A DNA stretch of 20,000 bases, from positions 185,357 through 205,356 of the forward strand of contig JABLTG010000013.1 in NCBI GenBank assembly GCA_016618085.1, written 5' to 3'. Of the stretch, positions 1 through 12,757 are shown piece by piece. Numbering within the stretch: the stretch's first letter is position 1; every line of letters begins with the position of its first letter. The stretch comes from Neovahlkampfia damariscottae (taxonomy: Eukaryota). The translations under genes and the position numbers were made by a program. Under the pieces are notes generated by a model. The model searched no databases. It saw nothing but the letters and a program-made list of their open reading frames with translations, and was not told the origin of the DNA.

Positions 1-1
1 T

Positions 2-3000
2 ACAACATATCGTTCAATTGATATTATAGATAAAATTTTAGACATACTTTTGCCATATACAACCAATCAAGATGATGAAAATGAAGAAAATATTTGGCCA
101 CGTGTTTTGATCAAACCAACAGTTGAAATTTTAAGATCTGTTTTACCACAACCATCAAGAATAAGAAATTTATTACCAATTTTCAAATTCATTATTGCAA
201 CACATCCTTCATCAAAAGATTCAAAAATTAATTTTGGTCAAAAGAGTCAACAATTACTTTCAGAACCAAGAAGATCAATTATTGAATTAGTTTATGATAT
301 TTTAGAATCTTTAAGTGATGAAATATTAGATGAAATGTATTCTAGTTTTCAAATTAATGTGATTATTGGATTATTAGAACATCATTCTGCTCCTACAAGA
401 TTAGAACTTTTGAAAATATTATTTCTATTTTTAAATAGAAGAGATAATCTTAAAGATGTATTCAACAGAACGGATGGATTAAAATTATTAACAAATCAAT
501 TGATTAAATTTCCTCCATCAATTCCAGAATTACAAATATTATTTGATATGTTAGTTGGTAAAAAATATGAAGAAAATTCAAGTCAACAAAATTCAACACC
601 ATTACCACCAAAAGATTTAAATTTTTCATCTGATGATGAAGATGAAATTAAAACTTTTTCATCAACAAGACAAAAGAAAAATTCAAAAATTGAATCATTC
701 AAAAAACCAAAAACTGTAAAAAGTTTAACAATTGATAAAAAGAGTTATACAGCAGATGATTTTAAGAACCCAGAATTTTTAACTTTGATATTGAAATTGA
801 TTCCATCAATAAAATCAATTAAAGATAAAATGCATGTAACTCAAACATTACAAGATTTATTCAGATATGGAGGACCTAAAACAAAATTATCATTCATTAA
901 TTTAGGTACTCACAGATATTTGATAAAATGTCTATGGAATGATGTTGTTCAAGGTGACAATGAATATATGAATATCATTTTAGATTTCTTAATTAAATAT
1001 ATTTGTTTTGCTATTGATAGTTCAAACAAACAATTTTTAGATTTATTGAGTGAAATAATTGATTCATTTTACTTTTTAGAATGTTATTCAACAATATTTA
1101 ATCATAATTTACAAAGATACGTTTTAAATGGTATTTTAACATATTTTCAACAAAATTATCTTTTGGATACAAAGAAACCACTTAATACAAAATGGGGTGT
1201 TTCATTTGCAAGATTTTGTACTTGTGCAGTTGATCATATTTTACAATGGTTTAAATTACCATCATCTGCACCTACTTTTGAAAGTTCTTCAAATTCATTT
1301 TCAGATGATATTTCAATGAATCCAGATGAATCAGATTTTTCGGATTCAAAATCTACATCATCTTCAAATAAACGAAAAAATCAAAAAGATCAAATTGATA
1401 TTTCAACTGAAACAAATTTATACACATCTTTTAATTTAGTGAATTATAAACCTAAATTTTTGGATAGAGATTTGAGAAATATGAGTTTTGGAAAAGATAT
1501 TCCAAAAATTAAAGATTTAAAATTTCTACCTGATACTCCAAAAGGAAAGAAAAATAGAAAACAAAATGAAATTTATTTGAAAATGTTAGATGCATATGAA
1601 GAACAACTTGAAGGTATACACATTGAATCAGAAAAATTATTCATTTATAAAATACATGAAATTTCAGGATTTACATTTTGGTTATTGGAATCAATGAAAT
1701 TATATAATACATTATCTAATGTTAGGGCATCAATTGAATTCTTCAGTTCAAATACAACTGATATCATTTTGGCAACTCAAATTAAAAGATTAATTTTAGA
1801 TTTATTAAATGAACATCGAACAGTTGAAGAAAATTATTTTGCATTGTTAAATTTATTATACACTTATCCAACTTCAGTTGTTGATGAAGCAAATTATTCA
1901 CAACAAGATTTGAGAAATTTTTGTACTGATCAAGTTTTTATCACAAAATTGATCACCAAATCAATTCATCATTTCACAAAAAAGGATTTATTACTTCAAT
2001 CTTTGACAAATCAAATTTGGTCTACAATCATTATCTATTCACAAAGTTATTTGAGAGATATCTTTCCTCTTGCAAAACTTGGAATTAATCCTCAAGATAA
2101 AGATTTTATTGAAACAATGATCAATATTATTTCAATGAATTATGATTATAGATATATTGTATTTGAAAATGCAGTAGCAACTAAAACTCAAAAATGGAAT
2201 GAAAATGAATTTCAAGAAATTCAAACCAAACTCTTAAATACTTTCAAATCTTATAATTCAAAGGAATCTGAAGAAAAAGAAATTGATAAGAAGGCATCAA
2301 TGACACTGATAACTTACTGTGAAAAATTAGGAGAAAAACAGACTCAATTTTTGTATCCTTTCATAACAACAAAAGCAGCTCGAATTGAAAAAGAAAATTT
2401 AGCATCTTTAAAATTTACCAAAATCTTAAAAAACTTTTTATCTGAAAGAAGTATTTCAAATTCATATCATTTTTCATTCAAGTTAAAAACTCAACAAGAA
2501 GAATTCTTGAAAAATATGTTAGTTGATTATACAGTTGATACTTCAAAAACATGTTGGAAACTTGATTCAACAGAAGGACCACATAGAATGAGAAGTAAAA
2601 TTATTAAAAGAGAAATTATTGAAACAACTCCTCAACAAAAAGTTCAATTAATGTTGAACCAAGAAACTAAAGGAACTCAACAACAACAACAAATGCAAGT
2701 AAATACTTCAGTGGAACAAAATGGACAATCAGAAATGAATGATATGGAAAAAAGAGAAAAAAAATTTGAAATTAGTGAACCAATGAAATCAACAATTTAT
2801 CAGTGTGGAAAAATTACACCACTATGTAAATTTGAAGGTGAATTAGCGATTGGTGGTTCAGCAATATTTTTTCAAGGAGAAAAGGTCAGTCATGATAATC
2901 AATCAATTACAGAAGAAAAGAATCAAAGAATTCATAAGAAAGTATCATTTGATGATATCAAAGAAATCCATAAAAGAAGATACCTTCTTCAAGATAGTGC

Positions 3001-5033
3001 AATGGAGATCTTTTTGACAAACGGAAAATCAATCATGTATGCATTTAACAATCAAAAAGATAGAGATACAATTTATATCACACTATCGAATACTTCCATG
3101 CCAAATATTCAAAAAGAATATCAAGATATTACAAGTAATTTCAAAAGTATCACAACAAGAAAATGGCAAGAGGGTCAAATATCCAATTTTGATTATTTGA
3201 TGAGACTAAATACATCTGCTGGGAGATCATTTAATGATTTAACACAGTATCCTGTATTTCCTCATGTAATTTCCGATTACAGTTCAGAAAGTATTGATCT
3301 TTCAAATCCAAAAGTTTATAGAGATTTATCAAAACCAATGGGAGCTTTAAATGAACAAAGAAAAGAAAAAGCAGAACTTCAATATGAAAACTTAACTGAA
3401 ACTGGAAATCCATATCATTGGGGTACTCATTATTCTACAAGAATGTCTGTTTTATTTTATCTTGTGAGATTAGAACCTTATACTCGTTGTTTCTGGGAAT
3501 TAAATGGAAGAAAATTGGATATTCCAGATAGAACATTTCATTCTATGATAAAATCATGGGAATTATCTTCTGGAATTCACTCAAAATCTGATGTCAAAGA
3601 ATTAATACCAGAATTCTTTTATTTACCTGAATTTTTAGAAAATGTCAATAGAATCAATTTTGGTTTAACACAGTCAGAGAATTTTGTTGATAATATTGAA
3701 TTACCACCTTGGACTGGTGATAGTGCAATCAAATTTATTAAAACTATGAGAGAAGCATTGGAATCTGATTATGTTTCACAAAATTTACATCATTGGATAG
3801 ATTTAATATTTGGATACAAACAACAAGGTGAACATGCTATTTCAGCAGTTAATGTTTTTCATCCATTAACATATGCGGATTGTATTGAAGAGATTGAATT
3901 GATTGATGATATAGTACTCAAAGAAGGTATTATTTAAAAAAACAAATTTAATATTATTTCTTAGCTAAATGGTCACAAATTAATCATTATGGACAGACAC
4001 CAAAACAATTATTCACTAAGGTATGAATAATTTATAGTTTTTATTCTTTTTAGCCTCATCCTTCAAAATTTCCTCAAAAAATTAATGAAAATATCATTTC
4101 AATTTGTGCTCAATCTTTATGTGAAACAAACAATTTGAAATATGATGAACCAATTGGTGATTTAATTTTAAATGATGATTCAACAATTTATTATGTTCCA
4201 AAGAACAAAATCTTCATTCCAACTCAAGATAAGAAAAATTTGAATTATGTCCATCTTGATTGGGATGAATCATTGAGTATTTGTAAATTGGAAACACAAA
4301 AAATTCTTCAAAATTTTGAGTCAAAAGTTTTACCTGAAACACTTTTATGTTTTTCATGTGGAAATTCAGGAAAAACTTTTGCTTCAGGAAGTAATATTGG
4401 TGTCGTTAATTTGTACAAATCAAAACCAAAAGAAGTTGAACATTGTTGTACATTTAATGGTCATTCAAGTGAAATTTTGTCAATCGCAGTCAATGATGAA
4501 TTTGGAATTATTGGTAAAAATGAAATTTAAATTATTTATCCTTTTTAGTCAGTGGTAGTTCTGATAATTCAGCAATCATTTGGGATATAAATAGAGAAAG
4601 ATATCTTAGAAGTATCAAACATGAAGGTATTGTCACAGCAGTAGCTGTTTCTCCAACAACTGGAGATATTGCAACATTTTCAATTGGAAAATCAGAAGGA
4701 AATATTATTAGTTTATTTGGAATTAATGGTGTATTAATTGCAAAAAAAGAATTAACTGAACCTGTAACTTGTTTGAAATTTTCATCATCTGAATATTCCC
4801 AATATACTACTTTAATTGCTGGTTTAAAAGATGGATGTATTTGCTTATTGAATTCAAATTTAGAAATTTTATCAAGATTAATGACTAAACATCATTGTAA
4901 TCCAATAACTTCTATTGCAATCAAGTAATCATAAATCTAAATCTAAATTTTTCTTAGTTCTTATTTAACTGAAATTGCAACAGGTGATAAAGAAGGAAAT
5001 GTTGTTATTTGGTCTAAAAAAATCTTGAAATAA
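2..5033 (+). CDS. LYST: PH-BEACH-WD40 protein, LYST/LvsB-like (5' end outside window; about 1630 aa visible). Introns 3927-3964, 4021-4053, 4514-4548, 4925-4957
   Basis: Frame is open from position 2. PH-BEACH motif RRYLLQDSAMEIFL. BEACH motifs WQEGQISNFDYLMRLNTSAGRSFNDLTQYPVFP, YRDLSKPMG, DIPDRTFHS, DVKELIPEFFYLPEFL and LHHWIDLIFGYKQQG. Splicing restores GQTPKQLFTKPHP and WD40 repeats (GIIVSGSSDNSAIIWD; ATGDKEGNVVIW), with TAA at 5031-5033. The LYST subfamily call rests on DIPDRTFHS..W.LSS and WKLDSTEGP and is less certain than the BEACH call. Confidence 0.93.
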
Positions 5034-5078
5034 AAATATTTTTTGTTCATAAATAAAATTGACTTTTCCTTTTCCTTT

Positions 5079-5088
5079 GACCAATCAA
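5079..5088 (+). promoter_or_regulatory. CCAAT box (GACCAATCAA) upstream of exportin-5
   Basis: NF-Y-type RRCCAATCA about 25 nt before the ATG at 5110, in a 76-bp intergenic gap. The same core recurs before other genes in the window. Confidence 0.55.
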
Positions 5089-5109
5089 TTTTTTTCCAAC
5101 CAAAAAAAA

Positions 5110-8100
5110 ATGGATTCACAACTACTTCAACAACTGACTCAAGCAATTGTTGTCATTCATAATCCTTCAACTTCATCTGAATATAGAGCACAAGCACAAA
5201 ACGTAAATTGTATTTTTTTTTAATTCATTTTAAGTTCGTGGATGAATTCAAAGTAAAAGGTACAAACATTGGTTCATATGCTTTAGAATTATTAAATAAT
5301 GACAAAGAAGATATTTTTCGTCATTTTGGTCTTCAATTGTTACAACATATTGTCAAAAATCAATGGAAAGATTTAGATAATTCTCAAAAAGAAAACTTTT
5401 ATGCAACATTATTAAATTATTGTTCAAAAGTAAAAGAAATTAAAATTTTATTAAATATTTAAAAGGGTGTTAGAGAAATGACAAAAGAAGTAAAATACGT
5501 AAAAGAAAAAACAGCAGCTGTAGTTGTAGCAGTTTTAAAAAGAGAATGGCCACAAAGAATGAAAGAAGCATTTAACAATGTTAAAGAATTAATGAATATT
5601 GGAGTAAATATTATTATCTTTTTTTTTAAATATTTAGAAAACACAATGCGAATTAGGAATATTAATTATTAAAGCACTTTCAGAAGATTTATCAGTAGAA
5701 TTTGGAGAGTAAATAAAAAAAAAGAAAACTAAAAATAAAGTGATCTGTCAGCTGGTAGAAAAAGTGAATTAAGAAAGAGTTTTTTAAAACAAATGCCAGA
5801 GATTTATAAAATATTTTATACACTTTTTGAAAAATGTTATGCATCTTATAAACAAAATAAAAATGATCAAACAAATATATTATTAATTACAAGTTTACTT
5901 GAAACATGTATTAGTTTTCAAGATAAAATGAAACCAAATGATATTTTTGAGAATAAATTCCATGTTATTTGGTGTATTCTTGCAAAAGAAGAACCATTTC
6001 GTATGGCAGCAGTTGATTGTTTATTTCTATTGTGTAGTTTACAAAATCATAAATTAATTAGTAAAGAACGTACAATGGAATTTTGGAATTGTTTTGGTGC
6101 ATTATGCTCACAAAGTATTGATCAAACAAAAGATTTAGAAACAGAATATGATTTTCATAAACAACTTTGTAAAACATTAGTTGCATATGGAATTAAAATG
6201 GTTCTTCATTTAAATTCAACATTTGAAGAATTAATTAAAAGTTATTGTCAAATTTTATTAAAATTTGGAAATCATCCATCACTTGAAATATTTAATTCAA
6301 CAATTAAATTTTGGATTGATGCTTTGACAAATAAAGATAATGTTCTTTTTAAATTTAAAGTAAGTGAGAATAATGTTTTAAAAAAAAATTCAATTAGGAA
6401 TTTAATGAAATATTAACAAGATTAACAGTAATTTGTTATGATAAAATGATGAAAGAAATTGGAAATCCTGAAAATACACTTTTTGAAAATCATCCAACAA
6501 ATTTATTTTCACAAATTGATTTTGAAGATATTGATTCATTTAGACATTTCTTTTCACAATTTAGAAGTCAAATTTCAACAATTATTACATCAATTTTAGG
6601 ATTCATACCTGAATTAATGTTATCGTTTTCATTTAAAAAAGTTGCAGAATGTTTATCCATCACAAAAGCAGAAAATAAAGATGATGTTAATAAATATGGA
6701 AATTGTACAATTCAAAGTTTTACTTATAATAAATGGGAAAATGCTTCAACTTTTCTTGAATGGGTTATGAATTTCTTTCATAAAAACAACAAAAAAATTA
6801 TTCCAAAAAATATGAATATGGTTGAAGAAATGGTTAAATTAATGTTAAATTTTAAAACAGAAGATCCTAATATTCAAACAAGATATTTACATTTATTTAA
6901 ATGTTTATCATTTACTTATGAAAATAACAAGAAAATGTTTGAAACTATCTTGGATCATGTAATTAATTTTTTTAATTTTTTAATTTTCATTTTATAGATT
7001 TTCACACAAATGCAATTTGTTTCAAAAAATGAAGATCAAATGTCAGAAGATACCAAAGCGGCAAGACAAAAATCTCAATCTATTTTTGTTTCAATTGCAG
7101 GAGATCATTCAACTACTCTGTTGGTGAGTTTTATTATTTTTTTTAATTTCTATTTTTAGCCAATGTTGAAAATTTTAGTGGATAGAGCAGGAGTGATGAT
7201 TTCAAAGAATTTAATATCCCAATCAGAAGCATCAGTTTTATTTGGTAGTTTGATTGTTATCAGTAATGAAATGAAAAATTATGATGAACAAACAAAATTT
7301 CTTGGATATTTATTAAATGATTCAATGACAACATGGAAATCTCAACCAATAACAGAAGTCATTAATTCTGAAGTTTTATTATTAAAAGCGTTAGGAGTTA
7401 TTGAAGAAAAAGATGAAAATACTAAAAAAGCTTTAGAAGAAGTATTTCAAAAAATTCAAAAATGCCTACAAATCTTTTTATCAGCAACAAAAAGAATGAT
7501 GTGTGATCCAAAAAAACTTGGATACCTTTGTGAAGATTCAATTTATGTTTATCCAATTTCAACTTTTATTCATGAATTCTTTCCAAATATTTTATCACTT
7601 ATTAGAACAATTAATTCATTTTATAGACCTGAAATTATTCAAAATATTCCAATAAATAGAAGAGATTGTTTGAAACCTTTGACAAATGAAAATTTAGTTT
7701 TAATGTCTTCAGATTTGAAAGAATCACCTGAAAATGAAATTGTTAAAGTTTCTAATAGATTAAAACATTTAAAAATTCAAATGTAATTCAAAAGATCAAT
7801 TAATAATTTCTTTAGATATGGTACAATTGGACATGTATTTCAATTTGCTGATTCAAAATTTTGGAAAAATGATCTTTTAACAATGCTCGGAAATAGTTTA
7901 TTTGCATATTTTGAATTTGTTGATAACAAAACATTAAATGATATTTATCGTAATATAATCCCTCTAATAAGTCAATTAACTTTTTAATTTAGATTATTTT
8001 TTAATTATTGCAGTTAAACATTGTCCTTCTCAATATCAAGAATCATTTCTTATTCCAATTTTACTTTCAATTTATGATATTACTCATAAGAGATTACAAG

Positions 8101-8822
8101 CAGGATGGTCATTTTTTATTCAACAATCAGTTAATCCAACAGATATTCAATTAAAAGAATCAATGATTCAAGAAAGAATATTAAGAGATTTAACAAGACA
8201 ATTTTTAGTAATTCCATTAGATTTGACATCAGGAATTAAAGGGAAAAATGAAATTTCAAAAAATTCACTTTTAAAAAAGATATTAAATTCAAATGTTGGT
8301 GAAGTATTATTAATGATTATTATTTCAATTTTAAATTATCCAGATACACAATCAGTTCAACATTCATTAGATTTAATTACAAATTTATTAAAACATTTAA
8401 AAATTCAAAGATATGATAATATTATTAGTGGTGAATTATTTCAAGGTTTGATTAGAGCATTAATGTCACAAAAAGAAGAGATTCATATTAATTTGATTGC
8501 TTTAATTCAATTGATTTATTTTACTTATTTTAAAAAATCAAAATATCCAATGATGATTTTATCTGCTTTACCACATGTTACAGATCATGATTTAAAGAAT
8601 TTGAATTCTCAATTTAATGGAACTACCAATGAAAAATCAAGAAAAAAATTAATAACAAAATTATTACAACCAATTATTGGTAAAAATTCAGGTAGTTTTC
8701 AAAAACCAAAATCAATTTTACAATTAAAAAGAGGTGGAAATGAAAATGATAAAAAAAAACAAATTTCTTTGTTGGACATTTCTGTAACAGATATTTCTTC
8801 ACTTTTTGATGATGAAGAATAA
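5110..8822 (+). CDS. XPO5: Exportin-5 (HASTY/Msn5 family karyopherin), about 1129 aa. Introns 5203-5234, 5430-5465, 5604-5637, 5709-5740, 6360-6397, 6959-6997, 7124-7159, 7783-7815, 7950-7992
   Basis: Nine GT-AG introns join the ORF fragments into one 3390-nt frame. The N-terminus MDSQLLQQLTQAIVVIHNPSTSSEYRAQAQNFVDEFK and the motifs RHFGLQLLQHIVKNQW, KREWPQ and HPSL...W match the exportin-5 IBN_N/Xpo1 region, and the length fits. Confidence 0.88.
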
Positions 8823-8835
8823 ATGTTTTTTTTTT

Positions 8836-9241
8836 TTACAATCTTAAACCATGTTCTTTTCTTAATTCAATTTCTTCTTTTGTTAATTTTCCATCTTGTT
8901 TCGTGTATGTATGCATTCCTGTGTAATCAATAATAGTTATACCTTTTTCATCACTGTAAATGAATGGTGTTGGAAAATGAAGTATTCTTTGACGTCTCTC
9001 TGTTGATTCTCTTCTAAAAATATGGAAATAATATGCTGACCAAAGTATTATTGTACCACCTGCTACTACTTTTTTCATTAATAGTTTCTTATACCAGAAA
9101 ACTAAATCTTTTAAAAATTGATCTTACTTCTGCTTCAGAGAAGAATGTTACAGATTTGTTAAGTTCTCTTTTTTTATTCATCTGTTTTGCATAATTTCTA
9201 GAAACACATTTTTTCAACATCACCAAACGTTTTAGAAACAT
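8836..9241 (-). CDS. Small hypothetical single-pass membrane protein, about 121 aa, with a possible mitochondrial presequence. Intron 9088-9127
   Basis: A minus-strand intron GTAAGA...ATAAG (40 nt) joins the 9089-9385 ORF frame (...FSEAE) in frame to the 80-aa ORF (KLLMKKVVAGGTIILWSAYYFHIF). The start MFLKRLVMLKKCVSRNYAK is basic and free of acidic residues. Confidence 0.7.
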
Positions 9242-9316
9242 TTGTCCAATGAATGTGTGATGATATAAATTTGGAGTTTTTGTTTGCCGTTTTAGTGGTC
9301 TTCTGGACAAATCAAA

Positions 9317-9772
9317 ATGTTCCTCAATCCACACCAAGGGTGTAACGTTGAAAAAGAGATACAACTTCAACATCAAATGATACAAACATTAGAAGTTGAA
9401 CTGATACACCATGTTAAAGTGAATGATATAGAGAATATAGAAAAAGTGGAAAAGAAAATAGAGCAATGTGATGAAAATATAAAAAGATTGAGGTCTAAAT
9501 CAGATCAAATGCTCTCAGAATTAGTTATAGAAGAAAAAACACAATGTACAAAAAAAAAGAAAACTGAACATGTTGAAAACTTGGAACATAATTTACAGTC
9601 ACAGTTAGAAAGTGTAAAACAAGAAATTCAAGAAGAAGAAATCAATCAATACTTCAATAATGATGTACCTAACAAATCTCATTTTGCTTTAGTGATGACA
9701 GCATTAAAAACGGAGGAAGAAAAAATTTTGGAAGAATTATCAAAAATACAAAAAATAAAACAATATGAATAA
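9317..9772 (+). CDS. Hypothetical coiled-coil protein, 151 aa, intronless
   Basis: ATG in an A-rich context (aaaATG). The sequence is E/K/Q-rich and heptad-like with host-like codon use. No family recognised. Confidence 0.65.
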   Translation: MFLNPHQGCNVEKEIQLQHQMIQTLEVELIHHVKVNDIENIEKVEKKIEQCDENIKRLRSKSDQMLSELVIEEKTQCTKKKKTEHVENLEHNLQSQLESVKQEIQEEEINQYFNNDVPNKSHFALVMTALKTEEEKILEELSKIQKIKQYE

Positions 9773-9919
9773 CAAACAATAGAATTTCAAAAATTGTAAA
9801 CCAAGCCTTTGATGTGAAATAAAACATATTTTTATTCAACTGTTGAAAAATAATGAACTAAAACCAAATCAGTGTCAAATTCATCCAATTCAAAAATCTG
9901 GGAAAAACCAGTAAAATAT

Positions 9920-11018
9920 TTATTTACTTAAATAATTGAATACTTGATCAATATCAAGATAAATACCTCTTAAATGTCTATCACCTTTAAAAGCATCTCT
10001 TGCATGAACACAAGTATGATTATTATAAACTAAGTAATCACCAGCATTTAATTGAATTTTATGTGAAAATGAATCATCATGAAGAATTGAATCAAATTCT
10101 TGAAATGCTTCATAAAATGAAATCATTTCATTAAATTTAATATTAAAAGGAGCCATTGTAAAATAAGAATATCTTATTTGAATTAAATTCTAATTTTTAA
10201 AAGTATTTTTGTTTTCTTACATCATTTGAATCAACTTTTAAAATTGGTGAAATGAAATCACTTTGAAATTCTTTTTGTCTTCTTTTGAAATGTACTGGAA
10301 TTGTTGATAAAAGTTTAAAATATTTGTAATTTCTTTTTTTTAATTCTTGAACTGCTAATTTAACATTACAAATTCTATTTCCACCTCCCTCTTCTGCTCT
10401 TTTAATACAGTGTAATAATTGCATTGAAGGTGGTTTTTCAATAAATGGTTGATCTGTATGTAAATCTACTTTATCAAATGTATAACCTAATTGATCATTA
10501 TTTTTATTAGTTTTGTTATTTGGCATTAAATCTTCAACTTTACCAAAATGTGTATCAATAACTTCACTTCCAAAATCTTCTGCTATTTTAAATGTTTCTT
10601 CTATATCATTTGAACCATTTCTAACAACTACAACACCATAAGTTTTGAGGATATTAAGAAGTTTATTTGGTGTTCTATTTTTATGTTCCACTTGTAGTTC
10701 TTCTAAAGGTGGTTGTTCATATACTGGAGCATATTGATGTTCTTTTAACCAATTTTCTTCATAAACTGTTTTATGATCATCTTCCCAAACAATTTCAAAT
10801 GTATTTTTATTTATTTTATATGTTTTTGGTTTAATTATCAATGAAATTGTTGATAAATTTAATATTTTTTCTTTGGTATGTTCATGATGACAACCATTAA
10901 GGTTTTCTTTTGATCTGAGGCAACCACAATTATGTCTCAACCATACAAAGTGGTAGTGTGATAAACTTTTGTCTGAAAATTTGATTTCAAAAAAGTTAGT
11001 TTGTTGTTTTATCTCCAT
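9920..11018 (-). CDS. Gamma-butyrobetaine dioxygenase / trimethyllysine dioxygenase-like Fe(II)/2OG oxygenase (TauD family), about 355 aa. Intron 10190-10220
   Basis: N-terminal Zn-type domain WLRHNCGC...C...IVWEDDHKTVY..NWL, HxD motif in LHTDQP, and distal VHARDAFKGDRHLRGIYLD. A 31-nt intron joins the two ORFs in frame (SND/NLIQIRYS). Start taken as MEIKQQ at 11018. Confidence 0.88.
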
Positions 11019-11073
11019 CACACAAATAATGGGTGTTTGATTTTGGTTTTGATTTAGAAAGTTCCAAAATTTT

Positions 11074-11082
11074 AATTGGTTT
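11074..11082 (-). promoter_or_regulatory. CCAAT box upstream of the dioxygenase
   Basis: AACCAATT on the minus strand, about 57 nt before the ATG at 11018, in the 82-bp gap after the ALDH stop. Confidence 0.4.
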
Positions 11083-11100
11083 AACAACTCCGTAAATAAT

Positions 11101-12623
11101 TTATTCAGAACAATCTTTAACAACAGCTTTTGTCAATAACCATTCAGAATAAGCACCTGCACCACCATCTTTACCAAATCCACTTTGTTTAAATCCACCA
11201 AATTCAACTTCTGGGAACATTTGAAACCAAGTATTAATCCAAACGAAACCTGCTTTAATTTCTTTTGAATATTTCAATGCTTTTGTCATTGAATTTGTTA
11301 CAATTCCACTCGCAAGACCATAAGGTGTATTATTTGCACGTTTAATCACATCATCAAAATTTGAATATTTTATGATTGATTGAACAGGTCCAAATATTTC
11401 TTCTTTTGCGATTCTCATTTCATCAGTTACATTACTAAATACAACTGGTTTAATGAAATATCCTTTTTCAAATGTTTTTTTCATTTCACCTCCACATTCA
11501 AATTTAGCTCCATCTTTTTTTCCAATTTCAATATATTCAAGTACTTTTTTGTATTGTGCTTTATCAACTAATGGACCTTGATCTGTTTTTTCATCCATTG
11601 GATTTCCAACAATCATATTATTTGCATGTTCAACTGCTAATTTAACAAACTCATCATACATTGATTCATGTACAAATGTTCTTGATCCAGCATCACATTG
11701 TTCACCATTATTACCAAAAACAGCAAATCCTGCAATTTTAACTGCTTTTTCTACGTCTGCATCTGGTGCAATTACTAAAGGTGACTTTCCTCCTAATTCT
11801 AATTGAACTCTTTTTAAATTTGATTTTCCTGAGTATTGCATAATTAATTTACCAACTTCTGATGATCCAGTAAATGCAATTTTTTGAACATCAAGATGCA
11901 TTGCTAATGCTTGTCCTGCAGTTGGTCCAAAACCAGGTACAATATTGATAACTCCAGGAGGAAAACCTACTTCTTTCATTAATTCTGCTGCTTTTAATGC
12001 AGTTAAAGGTGTTTGTTCTGCTGGTTTACATACAACTGTATTTCCACAAGCCAAACCTATTTGATATTAAAAATAAAAAAAAATACATGGAGCAAGTTTG
12101 ACAATTAAACACCAAAGAGGTAAATTCCATGGAATAATAAAACCACAAACACCAATTGGTTCTTTAACAACTTTAACTTCATATGGTCCAGAAACTTCAA
12201 CTGTTCTTCCATCATAACATTTTGTTGCCCAACCTGCATGATAACGAATTTCTTCGGCTAAACCGGCAACACATTCTTTTTGTTGACTAATTGGTGTTCC
12301 ATTGTTGAATGATTCTAATGTTCCTAATTCATCTGCGTGTTTATCCCATAAATCAGCTAATTTTAATAATAATTTTTGTCTTCCGTGAGGTCCAATTTCT
12401 TTCCATTCACCTTCAAGTGCATCGGTTGCTGATTTTACAGCTAAGTCAATATCTTCTTTATCACCTTCAGCTACTTCAGTAATTACAGATTCTGAAAGAA
12501 AATTAAAAATAAAAACAATTTCTTACCATCAAAAGGATTGATTACAGGAAATACTTTGTTGGATTTTGCATTGACAAATTCACCATTGATAAATAATTTC
12601 TTTTGAAGCTCGATTTTTTCCAT
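11101..12623 (-). CDS. NAD-dependent aldehyde dehydrogenase (ALDH1/2-like), about 485 aa. Introns 12057-12086, 12492-12526
   Basis: Motifs KLFINGEF, IIPWNLP, KLAPCLACGNTVVCKPAEQTP, FTGSSEVG, catalytic Glu in ELGGKSP, catalytic Cys in GEQCDAGSR, EEIFGPV and FGGFKQSGFG. Spliced CDS is 1458 nt. Confidence 0.96.
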
Positions 12624-12652
12624 GTTTTGTTTGTAAAAAATCTATTTGATTG

Positions 12653-12662
12653 AACCAATTAG
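12653..12662 (+). promoter_or_regulatory. CCAAT box in the divergent ALDH/xylX intergenic region
   Basis: AACCAATTAG within the 134-bp head-to-head gap. Confidence 0.45.
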
Positions 12663-12757
12663 AATACGTTAGATTTTATCAATTCTTCTTCTCATGATTA
12701 AAATCAACAATGAATTTCATTGAGAATTGAATAATAATATCATCAGAAAAACTTAAA

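Noticed and set aside
50..52. TTG start of the 1295-aa ORF (likewise TTG/GTG starts at 4135, 12054, 13018, 13309, 14188, 15975, 16916)
   Set aside because: These are artefacts of prokaryote-style ORF calling. The frames are open upstream, are internal exons, or have a better ATG nearby.
2677..2693. CAA trinucleotide run
   Set aside because: It is only five Gln codons inside the BEACH CDS, an ordinary low-complexity linker.
3231..3413. Short antisense or alternate-frame ORFs (also 4316-4558, 4961-5146, 5459-5644, 5692-5874, 11380-11571, 12764-13069, 13464-13655, 14155-14370, 16160-16396, 17269-17502, 17927-18136)
   Set aside because: They overlap well-supported genes or remnants in another frame or strand, have no recognisable motifs, and show shadow-ORF composition.
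11019..11123. N-terminal extension of the dioxygenase ORF overlapping the ALDH stop
   Set aside because: It has a non-ATG start and low-complexity sequence, and it contains the putative CCAAT promoter. The ATG at 11018 gives a normal-length protein.
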